Below are positions 52,701-64,000 of a DNA stretch of 64,000 nt, piece by piece. Source of the DNA: Mytilus edulis (taxonomy: Eukaryota); contig NC_092357.1 in NCBI RefSeq assembly GCF_963676685.1, positions 13,764,001-13,828,000 on the forward strand. Direction: 5' to 3'. The position numbers were made by a program, and so were the translations under genes. Numbering within the stretch: position 1 is the first letter of the stretch; each line of letters starts with the position of its first letter. Below the pieces are notes generated by a model. The model was not told the DNA's origin. It was given only the letters and a program-made list of their open reading frames with translations, and made no database searches.

Positions 52701-54576
52701 AAATCTTTTTTGATAAGAAAATGTCGAAGTATATGGCGTCAAAATTGTCAATTATACATGTTACGTTTTGAGACGCAATACCGTGCGTAACGTCTTAGAG
52801 CATAGCATTATTTTATAAATGGATATTCGCATCATATAGCATTTAGCTTCATGCAGATACAGCTAGTAATAAAGATGAATAACAAACGCAAGGAACAACG
52901 ATAAATGACAAAAGTTTTAAAACATGATAACACAATACCATAATTCACTATTTTCACTAAATGTCTTTCACTAAAATAATAATTTGAGAAAATGGCTATT
53001 ACTAACGATAGTTCATGAACTGGCACACTGCTATATAATTCTTCTCGTTAAACTGCTATAAGCAGCAACATAGTGAGCAATGTCATGAATGTGTATGTGG
53101 CACAACTTAAGAAAACTGTCAATGTCGATGTTATCTGTTTTTTTATGATTTTGCATGATGATGCTCAATTTTTTCAAAGACATAGATAATCCTCATGATA
53201 AAAGGAAAATTCTATTGTTTTTCAACAAAGATTTCCATGCATTGAAATCAAAATAGCTGCTTTTAGCCAGTGTGTATTAACAACAAAAAATATGGTCCAA
53301 TCTGGTTTTAGAAATAGATGTTCGAAATCGTTTCGATTCATGTTAATTTCCTCCTCCTACATTGATAATGTGTATGAAATAATGCAAATGAATTTTATTG
53401 TGTTCGGTTATATATTATTTGTAAAAAATCGAAATAACTTTATAAGTTGAAAAAATTGCGTCTGATTATCATTAATTCGGAAAATATATAATAATAATTT
53501 ATAAAGGTTTAGACAGATCGGATCGCCATCTAGCGTGCACTCAACTGCATATTTGTCTATTGTTTTCAATGAGATTAGCTAAAAGACCGGACAACATGAA
53601 TAAACACTGATGAAATGAAATTAACGACCACTTTGAGTTTCAGTTTTTTTTTTGTTTTTTTTTCTATTTTATAAGTTTTTTTGTCACTTATTGTCCTTAT
53701 GCTCCGGAGCCTGTTGAGTACCACACAAAATTATGCCGAATAAAAAGCACAAATTTATTATCCTTTTTCTTTAAATTTTGAACGAAAGGACTATCTTTCT
53801 ATTTTTCCCGAATGTTATCTACTCTTTTTTCATTCTCTATTTTGTAAACTTCACTTATACCCTTCTAAATAGAAATTTCTAAAGCAGTCAATTAGTCTTC
53901 AAATTTATTTTTTATCTATTGTTATTTTTTCCAGGTATAATTGGAAACATTCGCCTTATCGAATGCACCTTCAACATCACTGTCCAACGGCTAACGTAAG
54001 AGCTGGGTTTGTACCGATGATAAACCCTAAAATTTTTAATAGAGACTTGAATATATCAACAAAGGCACAATATCTTCTAGGGTTTAATGAGCCTGACCAC
54101 CATGATCAGTCAAATCTAACAGTAACACAAGTTGTTGGTATGTTGAAGGAAGTAGAGAAAAAGCTGCTGGGAAAATCTTAGTTAGTCCTGCAGTTACCAA
54201 TCTTAACTGGTTGCAACAGTTTTTACATCAATGTCACAATTGCAGAAATGATCACGTGACAGTCCATGCTTATAGATGCGATGCACATCTACTCATGTCA
54301 TACCTTAAGGACGCATGGAATAGATTCCACAAACCAATCTGGCTGACCGAATTTGCCTGTCCTCATACTACATCAGTTAATGAACAGCTTCGGTTTATGA
54401 AAGATGCTCTGCCGCTTTTGGAGGCTGCGCAATACGTATTTCGATACTCATGGTTTACAAGTAGATATTTACACCACAATGAAGGTACTTGGGTAGATGG
54501 TTCAGCAAGTCTGATGAAGGAACACTCTGCAGAACTGTCATCTCTTGGACATTATTACAACAATTTTATGCAATAA
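49760..54576 (+). pseudogene. GH128 copy 6, pseudogene (closest to copy 5); exon 2 at 50309-50452, exon 3 at 53935-54576
   Basis: Promoter block retained but the ATGG|gtatgt start/donor is deleted near 49915; exon 2 is 144 nt (1-nt deletion near 50432); 1-nt deletion near 54163 splits exon 3 into ORFs 53963-54181 and 54211-54576. Confidence 0.88.
50391..51045 (+). repeat. Tandem array of ~80-bp exon-2/donor units in copy 6, including one inverted unit
   Basis: Repeated TGTACAGATGAAGCC...TGGTGGTRAGT; 50795-50863 is the reverse complement of 50954-51022. Confidence 0.9.
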
Positions 54577-55583
54577 AGAGGTCGTATTATTATACCTGTG
54601 TTACTCATGTGAAGATTAATATATTTCCTGATATCTATGGCGAGTTTATGTCCTGATCACTTTAAATCATTTAGGTATTATGGATGGTATATCATGAAAC
54701 TTAAATGTGTCAGGTATTTTGAATATAGGCTTTTCTTTATTATCTATTATCCATTGTAAACGTGGTAAAATTGTTCGTTTTACCATTTTTGTTGTTTTCA
54801 CAAGTTATCTTCGGATTCTTCAGATTAGCATCACTTCGTTATTTATCAGTTTAATGTTTTTCCTAAAACAGATCGTCAAATTTTCGTGTTTATAGATTTT
54901 ACTGTATTCATTAAATGTCTTACATAATATTCTATATGTAGGAGTTTTATCATTGGTAAAGGCCATGTATAAACAAATTATTCTCTATAACATGACGGAT
55001 GTCAAGTGTAAAGCAGGATCTGCTTACCTTTCCGGAGCACCGTAGATCACCACCAATTGTTTTAAGGCTAGTGGTGCTCAGTCTTAATTTTCTAATATTA
55101 TATTTTGTGTAGTGTTTGTGTATTCTCTTGTCGTTTTAATCTTTTAACATGGCATTTGTCAGTTGTTTGTTGTCGGCTTAAATACCTTACACCAACAATA
55201 AAACAAGCTTGTTGACCAACTGGTTGAATGTTCATTATTTTCAGAGCTATATCAGTAATGACATAAATTTTAAAAAGATCTTATCTCAAAATATAACTTG
55301 AACACACAAAAACAACTGTTTTGATGCCGATAGGGAAAACGCCTACTTTTTAAACCTGTTACCTGTTATCAATGTCCGGCGACACGGAAGCGTAGGACAG
55401 CACCTCAAACATATATCAAAATAATGTTTACTCTTGTATAACATGTAGGGGATGACGTTTCTTTATTAATTTGGTGAGTACGTTTTAAATCTCAATTCTT
55501 TATGTTGCGTTCACTATCTTTAAAACCAATAACTACCGAAAGTAATCGGAAAGAAGCATTGTAAAAATGAGTAAAATTTAAAA

Positions 55584-56052
55584 CAGACCACCAAGAACAG
55601 TCAAATTTTACATTATCACAAGCTGCCTTCATGTGGGGGGAATTTGAAAAACGTACGAAAGGGAAAACATTGGTAAGTCCAAGAGTAACTAGTCTATTAT
55701 ATAAAATTGGTTGCAACACTTTTTACAGCAATGTCACAATTGCACAGTTGTCTACATTGCTGTCCATGCTTATAGATGTAATGCCTAACAAATCATGGCA
55801 TATCTTAAACAAGCATGGGATAGATCCCACAAACCAATTTGGCTAACCGAATTCGCCTGTCCTCATACTTCATTAGTTGATGCGCAGCTGCGGTTGATGA
55901 GAGAGCTTTTTCCGCTTTTGGAGGCTGCAACGTATGTATTTCGTTAAGCATGGTTTGCTAGTAGATGGTTGTACCATCATGATGGCGCTTGGGTAGATGG
56001 TTCAGCAAGCCTGATGAAGGAAATCTCTGCAGAACTTTCCACACATTATTAC
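55584..56052 (+). pseudogene. GH128 copy 7, 5'-truncated exon-3 remnant
   Basis: Starts at DHQEQSN just after the NEP motif; insertion near 55695; KPIWLTEFACPH present; TAA at 55945-55947 in RY/AWF; no exon 1 or exon 2 seen upstream. Confidence 0.88.
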
Positions 56053-57492
56053 ATAAAATTTAAATTTATGTGTTCTACTTTGCTGTTCTATTTTTTTAGG
56101 TTATAATTCAAATAACATTAAGGCTTGTTGAAGTACAGAAAATTATCGAATTACAAAATATTTTAAATATTTCGTGAGGGGCTTTTTATACCTTACCATA
56201 CATAATGGGCTTTGTAAATAGTTGAATGCCATACAGTGACCTAGTTTAAAAGGGCTTTTCTTTACTAATTTACCTTTCCATCATATTATATAATTTGTGA
56301 TCATTAACCATTATAAGTCAACATGGCGTTGACTGCTTATTTTCGATTTATGAGTTTGACTGTCCCTCTGGTATATTTTTTCCCTCTTTTTTATAACGTA
56401 ATAACTTAATCCTAACTGAAGGTTTTTGTACAGCTTACTGCACGTAAGTTATGTCATGGGCTGTAGTATTTATTGCGATAAACATTTTTGATGTGCCACA
56501 GATAAGTTAAAAAGAATTAATTAACTCTTTAAAAAAAAACACGCTATCTTTCAGTATTGTCCTTGCCATATACAATGTAGTTTCTGTCACACACATACTG
56601 TGTTAATATTCACATGTAAATGATTGCAAGTAACGTATCGTACATACGTTTATGCATGTAGATATAAGAAGATGTTATATGAGTGCCAATGAGAAAACTC
56701 TCTATCCAAACTCAGCACTCATTCCATAATCGTTCAATACGGCCTGATCACTCAGTCTGAGAGCGCTCAAATGAACCTAAGCACACGCAACATGATTTCA
56801 ATACAGCCTCATTACTCACCGGTCGATCTTTGAAAACAGAAATCGAAGTTACTGCAACCCTTGATAAAAAATTACTTTGGACGTAGCTGTTGTGTGAATC
56901 CGCAATATCTTTTGACCGTAAGCAATCGTAAAGCATTGCAATATCGAGTTGATTCTAACGGAAAATTCATCACTAATGATATACTGTCCGTTCTAGAAAA
57001 AAAACACTCTATTAACCCATAGCATATAAATTTCATGATACGAAATGTCATTTTTGTAACTTAAAGGGGTTGTGAAACCATTTATCGTGCGCACATTTTA
57101 AGTATAAAGTGTCTCTGCGCTTGGTGGATGTTGGACTAACCCTGGTGGTATAGCTAAGGAAACCTCCAACTTGTACCAAATGTTGTGTTACGGTTGTTTT
57201 AATTTCCATTTAGTTGATAAAATGTCTGAGGAACCAACATAGACATAATCAGGTTATATGATAATAATTGAAAAAGTAAAGAGGAACCGAAAATTTGATT
57301 TCAATACGATTGAGTGCATTTCAGGTTGACGTCATGTAGTTTAGATGTAGGATCAATGTAATACTTTTCAGTCGATCAAACAGGTCTATATATAGCTATA
57401 ATTTGATAGCCTAGATTGCTGCCTTATCAGGAAATTTAAGTTTATTGGTACTGTCTCGTTGAAATACTTTGGATTTGATTCGTGCTTCCATC

Positions 57493-60367
57493 ATGAGTAT
57501 GTACAAAACGTTACTTTTCTTTGCCTTATTATTTGAAATCCATGAATTTGAGGCTAACATCAGTTAATGATTGTAGATATTTTTTATTGATGGGTAAAGT
57601 TTAACTGTATTAAGAAAAGATGCCATCACATGCATACATGATTTAATTATTCATAATTTCGGCAACGTTTTTATTCATCGAATTAAAAAAGAGTACATCG
57701 TTGAAGGTTTTAATTCTCCCACGAATTCCACGAAAAACTGGTATCCAATAAACATTACATTAATCACCATAATAAATACAAACATGTTTTATTGCGGTTC
57801 TCTAAAACAGATCCAAGTTGTGTTTATGTATTGATTCAAATCATTTTAAGCATTATTCGTATTCATGGATAAAATATTTTGGTGGGGATTGAGATCTCGC
57901 AAAACTTTTTAACCCCGCTGTATATTTTCGCACGTTTCAATCAAGTGCCTTTGGTCTTTTTAGTCTTGTGTCTTTATTTGTTTTTTATTGAGCTCCATTT
58001 TTTTTAATCTGAGTTTAGTGTGACATCAATTTTTTTCGGGTCTACTACACATATTTTGTTATAGGTCAGCAGAAGCCCTTCTGTGGGTGCAGGATTTTCT
58101 CGCTGTGTTGAAGACCAATTGGTGACCTTCGGCTGTTTCTGCTCTTCGGTTAGGATTAGTTTTTTTTAACATTTTCCGTTTTCTTTCTCAATTTTATTGA
58201 AAAGCTTTGTTTCTTTTCTGTTTCAATGTTACAGTACTGATGGTATCCGGTTCCTTGTGTTTACTTGTGCTAAACATCATCATCCATGTCGAAGCTTCTC
58301 ACAAGAAAGGAGTTGGAATAGCATGGAGCCCGCAGTACCACTGTACAGATGAAGCCACCTTTACTAACACTCATTGGTGGTAAGTTTAATGGTAATTGAA
58401 AAGTGTCACGTGTTTACAGGTAATTAAAGAGTATCACGTGTTAACCAGTAATTGAACAGTATCTCGTGTTTACAGGTAATTGAACAGTATCTCGTGTTTA
58501 CAGGTAATTGAACTGTATCATGTGTTTACATGTAATTGAACAGTATCACGTGTTAACAGGCAATTGAAAAGTTTCACATGTTAACAGGTAATTGAACCGT
58601 TTCACGTGATTAACAGTATCACGTGTTTACATAATACTGCTTTTCTGAAGATCATGACATTGTATTATAATGTTCACATCCTGTTGCCAAACGTAAATAG
58701 CAGAAACAACAGATTAAACAGATCCAAATGAACACTCATTTGCGATCTAGAAAAAAACATACCCAGTGGGACTTATTTGCAGATTAGACAATATAATTAT
58801 GTGCTGATATAGTGAAAATGACGCCCACCATTTGTATCTTGATTGCTTACGTTCAGTTGTTATTATGGGTACAAGTTATTGGTTTTAACCTGTCAACGTC
58901 ATTTTACTACGGAGCCTGTGGGGTTCTTCTGCAATATTCAATTGTACTGTCATGGACCTTGATAAATGGTTCATGTGGTTCACAGGTGTTTCTCTTTTTT
59001 TTATATATAGGGTTATATATGACTATGCGGTATTGGCTTTGATCATTGTTGAATGCCGTAGTTGTTCATTTCTGTGTCATTTGGTCTCTTGTGGAGAGTT
59101 GTCTCATTGGCGTTCGTACCACATCTTTTTTTTTTAATATACGCTATTGGTTTTCCTGTATTAACTGTTTTGCTAGTCATAATGGTGCTCTATATAGCTT
59201 GTTGTTCGGTGTGAGCCAATTTGAACCTTCATATTGACGGCCGTTCTCTGATCTGTAATGGTTAACCTCTTACACATTGTGACTTAGATTGAGAGTTGTC
59301 TCATAACCACTCATACCACATCTTCTTATTTCTAATAAATGGTAAAACAAATATTTGGTTCTAATCGATTAAACTATCATATATTTAATTATAAGTTTAT
59401 ACACGCATATAAAAGAACCAGATTTCGACCTGTACCCTACACCGTCTTTGGTTTAAGTCTGTTTTGAGGGCGAAAAACAACGAAAATAAACGTCTTTGGA
59501 TATACTTCTTTTTACTTAAAATGTTGAAATCGTCCCAAAAGTCTTCATTTTCTCAAACCTGTTGACTGTGATGTTTATATTATGTCGATATTACTAGGAA
59601 GATATGATTAAACCTCTTCAAAGTCCCTTTGCTCTTATAAACTTTTGGTCCTTTATACTCTATTGTGTAAACTCGAGCTCATTAATAGAAAGTGAATAAA
59701 GTTAATGTTTTATTTCGTTATTGGTTTCAGGTACGACTGGCGACAATCACCCGAAAGGATGCACTTTTTTAATCACTGTCCGGTAAACACTCGAGCAGGG
59801 TATGTACCGATGGTTAACGGCAGACATTTTGAAAAAGGGATCAATATTTCTGCCAATGCGCAATACCTACTTGGATTTAATGAGCCAGATCACCATGACC
59901 AGTCGAATCTGACAGTAGCACAGGCTGTCGTCATGTGGAGGGAATTGGAAAAACATGCATCGGGGAAAATCTTAGTAAGTCCTGCAGTAACCAATCTAAA
60001 CTGGTTGCAACATTTTTTACATCAATGTCACAATTGCAGAGTTGATCACGTGGCAGTCCATGCTTATAGATGCGATGCACATCAACTCATGACATACCTT
60101 AAGGATGCTTGGAACAGATTCCACAAACCAATATGGCTGACGGAATTCGCCTGTCCTCATACTACATCAGTTAACGACCAGCTACGGTTTATGAGAGAGG
60201 TACTTCCGCTTTTGGAGTCTGCGCCGTATGTATTCCGTTACGCATGGTTTGTTAGTAGGTGGTTGCACCACAATGATGGAGCTTGGGTAGATGGTTCAGC
60301 AAGTCTGATGAAGGAACACTCTGCAGAACTTTCCACACTTGGACATTATTACAACAATTTTATGTAA
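57493..60367 (+). CDS. GH128-family putative beta-1,3-glucanase, copy 8, 261 aa; exons 57493-57496, 58235-58379, 59731-60367
   Basis: MILMVSGSLCLLVLNIIIHVEASHKKGVGIAWSPQYHC...HWWYDW...GFNEPD...WLTEF...RYAWF; perfect TGACGTCA at 57327-57334 upstream; AATAAA overlaps the stop. Confidence 0.9.
58390..58632. repeat. ~28-bp tandem repeat (GGTAATTGAACAGTATCACGTGTTTACA)n at the start of intron 2 of copy 8
   Basis: About 8 units starting ~10 nt after the donor; the same motif occurs once after each donor of copy 1 (e.g. 12421-12447). Confidence 0.9.
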
Positions 60368-60790
60368 TAAAATGATACTATCAGTATATTATTTCGTGGG
60401 TTCTTTATTTCTAATATACATTTTTTTTCTTAACTAGATATAAGAAGATGTGGTATGAGTGTCAATGAGACAACTCTCCATTCAAGTCACAATTTATAAA
60501 AGTTAAGTATTTTCCAGATAATATAAAAGTCATTCACATGAGAGTGATTTTGAGTAACTTATCATTCATAACAGTAAAATCTTTCCTAATTAAGGGTGTT
60601 CATTTGACTGTGTTTTTGTTTCCATTCACTTCCAGACCGGATGGGCAATATTTGCATGTTAAATATTCTGAATCAACGATTTAAATTCAAAATATCTACC
60701 ACTTTCCAACATATTCTTATTTTCTAGTGTCAGTTTGAATTCTCGCAACTATACGTACTGAACCTGCCAAATATTTAACACTGCATTTAA

Positions 60791-61410
60791 GGGCATACGA
60801 TATAGTTTTTATCCTGTATTTACAGTTTAATGAAAATTTTCATATAGGCTATTTTTTACCTGATTAAATCAAATATGTAATAAAAAATATACCTCCATGT
60901 GCTTCTTTTTGAGTAAAAGGAGGTCAAAATTTTGTATATTTGCTCAAAATTCGGATTGGTGGCCGTATTTTTCTTTCAAAAGAAAGCCATAACTTTTTTG
61001 TATTAAACGATAAACACATTTTTTTTGGTTAAAAAATTTTGTAATTTCTGTTTTTTATAATAAGTATCCAAAAAATGTGTGCATTTTTTATTCAGAAATA
61101 ACTCATATTTATCAAATGGTCATGAATTGAGAAAAAAACGTCATTTTTTCCTGTATATTTATCAAAATTAAAATAATTGCACTATTTACAGTTTTACAAA
61201 ATTTGGTCCACATAATCTCCCTGGAAAATGAAACAAAATGTCGTTTTAAAAAATAGGGGTTCATGCACTCGTTTTCAAATTAAAACAGTTTGAATGATAA
61301 AAATCAATCGAAAAATGCATCTTTTCCCGATTTGTCACAGTTTGACGTCGCGAAAATAACATTTTACGTTAGCAACGTCATTACCTCCCCTGTAACTGTA
61401 TCGTATGCCC
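60791..61410. mobile_element. TTAA-flanked MITE (Kolobok-like)
   Basis: TTAA|GGGCATACGATATAGTT ... AACTGTATCGTATGCCC|TTAA. Confidence 0.85.
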
Positions 61411-62049
61411 TTAAGGTGGTACCTTACACAACACGACCGGGAGATAACTTTTTTAAAACTCAGCTGAACATTTTAATCCACTATTTTAAATCAAATATAA
61501 GCCTCTAAATGATCTAAAGTTGTGTGTGTCAATTGCTATATGGTCCGAATACACAGTTATCGTCCCTTGATTTTCACAACGAATATACTGCACTTATTTA
61601 GCTTTACTTTGAAAATGCCGCTGGCGTGGAAAAGGAGAGGCGAAAGATACCAGAGGTTCTCTAAAACTCATAAGTTTAACATAACCTAACAACTTTAACG
61701 CCATGGCCACAAATGAAAAAGATCAACAATAAAAAAACAGTACACAAAGCACAACATAAAAAACTTATTATGACTTGTGCTCTAGAAGGGATTTCAGATC
61801 CTGCTCCACATATGGCACCCTTCGTGTTGGTCATGATAGTACAAATCCGTCTTACTCGGTAAGGAAGAAAATCAGAACAATTTGATCCTATTTCTTCATT
61901 TTCTGTATTTCAATTCAGAGCTTTATAGATAGCTGTTTATTATGTCTATTGTAACAACGGTTCCCGAATGTTAGATCGCAGTGTTTAGCAGGTATCTTTC
62001 GTTGGGAAGCTGTCTTATTACCGTGTATCCACATCCTCGTAACTCGTAT

Positions 62050-62880
62050 CACTATCATTCAAAACAACCCAATCATTAGCAGAACGATCTCTCGAAACAG
62101 TCCAAGCACGCAGTCGCTCCGTGATCATTCAAAACAGAATCAGCACTTGCCCACATTCGTTCAACATAATTGTTTAGACTCGATCTACGATCTTCCAATA
62201 CAACATAATCACTCGGTCCATGATCTATCCAGATCTCTCATATAAGGCTCCATAATCGCCCAAACAATCTTCAAAACAGTCTCATCACACCCCATTCCTC
62301 CTGTCCCACCTCTCTTATTATTCCCAACAGTCTCAAAACTCGTCCAATAATCGTTTCAAAACCTTCAATCATTCCATATTTATTCGGAAAAACCGCCAGG
62401 ACCCGGTTTACGGACTCTCAAAACAGCCTCAGCACCCATTCCTAGATCTTTCAAAACAGCCTTTTCACTTGCCCCTCGATCTCGTCAAATAGCATCAGCA
62501 CTCGTCCCACAATCTTGCGAATCAGCAGCAACACTCGCCCTACAATCTTTAAAAACAGCATCATTACTCGCCCAAGGATAAGTCAAAACAGCCTTATAAA
62601 TCCCCCTACGATCTCTAGTACTCGACCATCGATCGTTTAAAACAGCCTGAGCACTGGCCCCATGATGGTCTATGATCGTTCAAAACAGTTTCATCACTCG
62701 CCACACGATCTCTCAAAGAAGCATTAGCTATTTCGCCTTTATGTTCAAAATAACCTCGGCACTCGCCCCATGATCGTGCATAACAGCCACAATATCGCCC
62801 AACTGTCGTTTAAAACAGTCTCTATATCTACTCAGCATTCGCTCAAAAAAACGTGTGCACTCAAACACGATATCTCAAAA
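62050..62880. repeat. Degenerate ~35-40-bp tandem repeat (TCAAAACAGCCTCAGCACTCGCCCCACGATC-like)
   Basis: Recurrent TCAAAACAG and CACTCG motifs with strong C/G strand skew. Confidence 0.75.
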
Positions 62881-63274
62881 CTGATACCGAGGTGGTTGCA
62901 ATTATTTATGAATAACTATAGTACTAGTATTACATGTGTGCTTCATATGAAGTCGTACTGTTGAATGGTTGAAATCAGTCGCAAGTCATTGCGATATTGA
63001 ATTGGATTTCTCTGTAAAACGCAACTCACTATTTCATACATGTACGCTTCCTATTACATCGTAACTACAATACATAGAAAAACAAGCAAAGTTCTTAGTA
63101 CAACATGTTCTTGGATTAATTTGCACTTCTCATAAGTGCAAATTGGAACCACACTTTTTTTTGTCGTAGAATCATCAAATTTGGCAATAATGTACCTCTG
63201 GGGATAAATAACACAATACAAAAAAAAATTGGTGTGGCTCGCCCGGTTCGGCAACTGGAGTGAAAATAGTGACA

Positions 63275-63840
63275 AAATCCTGTAGGATATTTTTTTCTCC
63301 CATAGGATTTTTAAAAATCCTACAGGATTTTGAGAAATCCTATAGGATAAAGTCATAATCCCATAGGATATTTTTTATATCCTACAGGATATTTAAATCC
63401 TAAGGGATTTATAATCCCTTAGGAGAATAAAAATATCCTATAGGATATAGTTTCGCCCTTAGGATTAAAAAAATCCCTTAGGAAAAATAAAAGCATTTCC
63501 TATAGGATATTTTTTATCCTACAGGATATTAGTCTAATAAAATAATCCCATGGGATTAAAAATATCCGATAGGATTAATAAATATCCTAAGGGATTTCAT
63601 AACAGAAAAAATATCCTGTGGGATAAAAAAGAATCCTAAGGGTAATAAATAAATCCTAAGGGTAATAAATAAATCCTAAAGGGTAATAAATAAATCCTAA
63701 GGGAGATTAAAAATCCTATGGGAGATCAAAGCAACTCATAAGAGATAAAAAAAATCCTATGGGAGAAAGAAATATCCTATAGGAGAAATAAATATCCTAT
63801 AGGAGAAACAAATATCCTATGGGAGAATGAAATATCTTAG
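63275..63840. repeat. Array of palindromic ATCCTATAGGAT-type motifs, likely subterminal repeats of a DNA transposon
   Basis: More than 20 variants of TCCYAWRGGA spaced about 20-25 bp apart; element ends not identified in the window. Confidence 0.75.
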
Positions 63841-64000
63841 AGAAAAATCTATTTGTGAACTCAACCAAAGAACAGAGAATAGTTTTATATGTTTTTGTAG
63901 TAGGTAAGGATATTATTTTATTGGAGCAGACCAAATATTCCCAGATATTATTGTTTAATAATTGTTAATTTTTCTACCAATGACACAAATTACCGATAAG

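Noticed and set aside
50309-54576. Copy 6 rescued by compensating frameshifts or programmed frameshifting
   Set aside because: Two separate 1-nt deletions do not restore frame, and the start codon/first donor is also deleted.
13968-60367. GH128 ORFs as bacterial contamination or single-exon genes starting at the ORF-track starts
   Set aside because: Each full-length exon 3 is preceded by a conserved AG|G acceptor and an upstream exon 2 with consistent phase, embedded in animal repeats; the ORF-track starts (e.g. 33352, 59705) are intronic or internal.

Overview
AT-rich eukaryotic (animal) genomic DNA. The repeat families look like those of marine mussels (Mytilus-like bivalve); this is recognition by eye, not a database result. 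The dominant feature is a head-to-tail (+ strand) tandem array of eight copies of a three-exon gene encoding a secreted GH128-type (Glyco_hydro_cc/Asl1-like, clan GH-A) putative beta-1,3-glucanase. The shared structure is a 4-nt coding exon 1 (ATGG|gtatgt), a 145-nt exon 2 (signal peptide, KKGVG...HWW) and a ~640-nt exon 3 (GFNEPD, DHVAVH, KPIWLTEF, RYAWF). Six copies have intact spliced ORFs of 260-263 aa, and one of these (copy 3) has the acid/base Glu replaced by Asp. Copy 6 is a full-length pseudogene and copy 7 is an exon-3 fragment. The exon 2/intron 2 junction carries tandem amplifications in four copies, and pseudogene copy 6 carries a 69-bp near-perfect hairpin built from exon-2 sequence. 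Spacers and introns contain Penelope-like retroelement fragments, minimal hammerhead-ribozyme repeats, a decayed PIF/Harbinger transposon, several MITEs with visible TIRs/TSDs, a 32 x 44-bp minisatellite and a processed THYN1 (EVE-domain) pseudogene. No rRNA, tRNA or CRISPR array was recognised.
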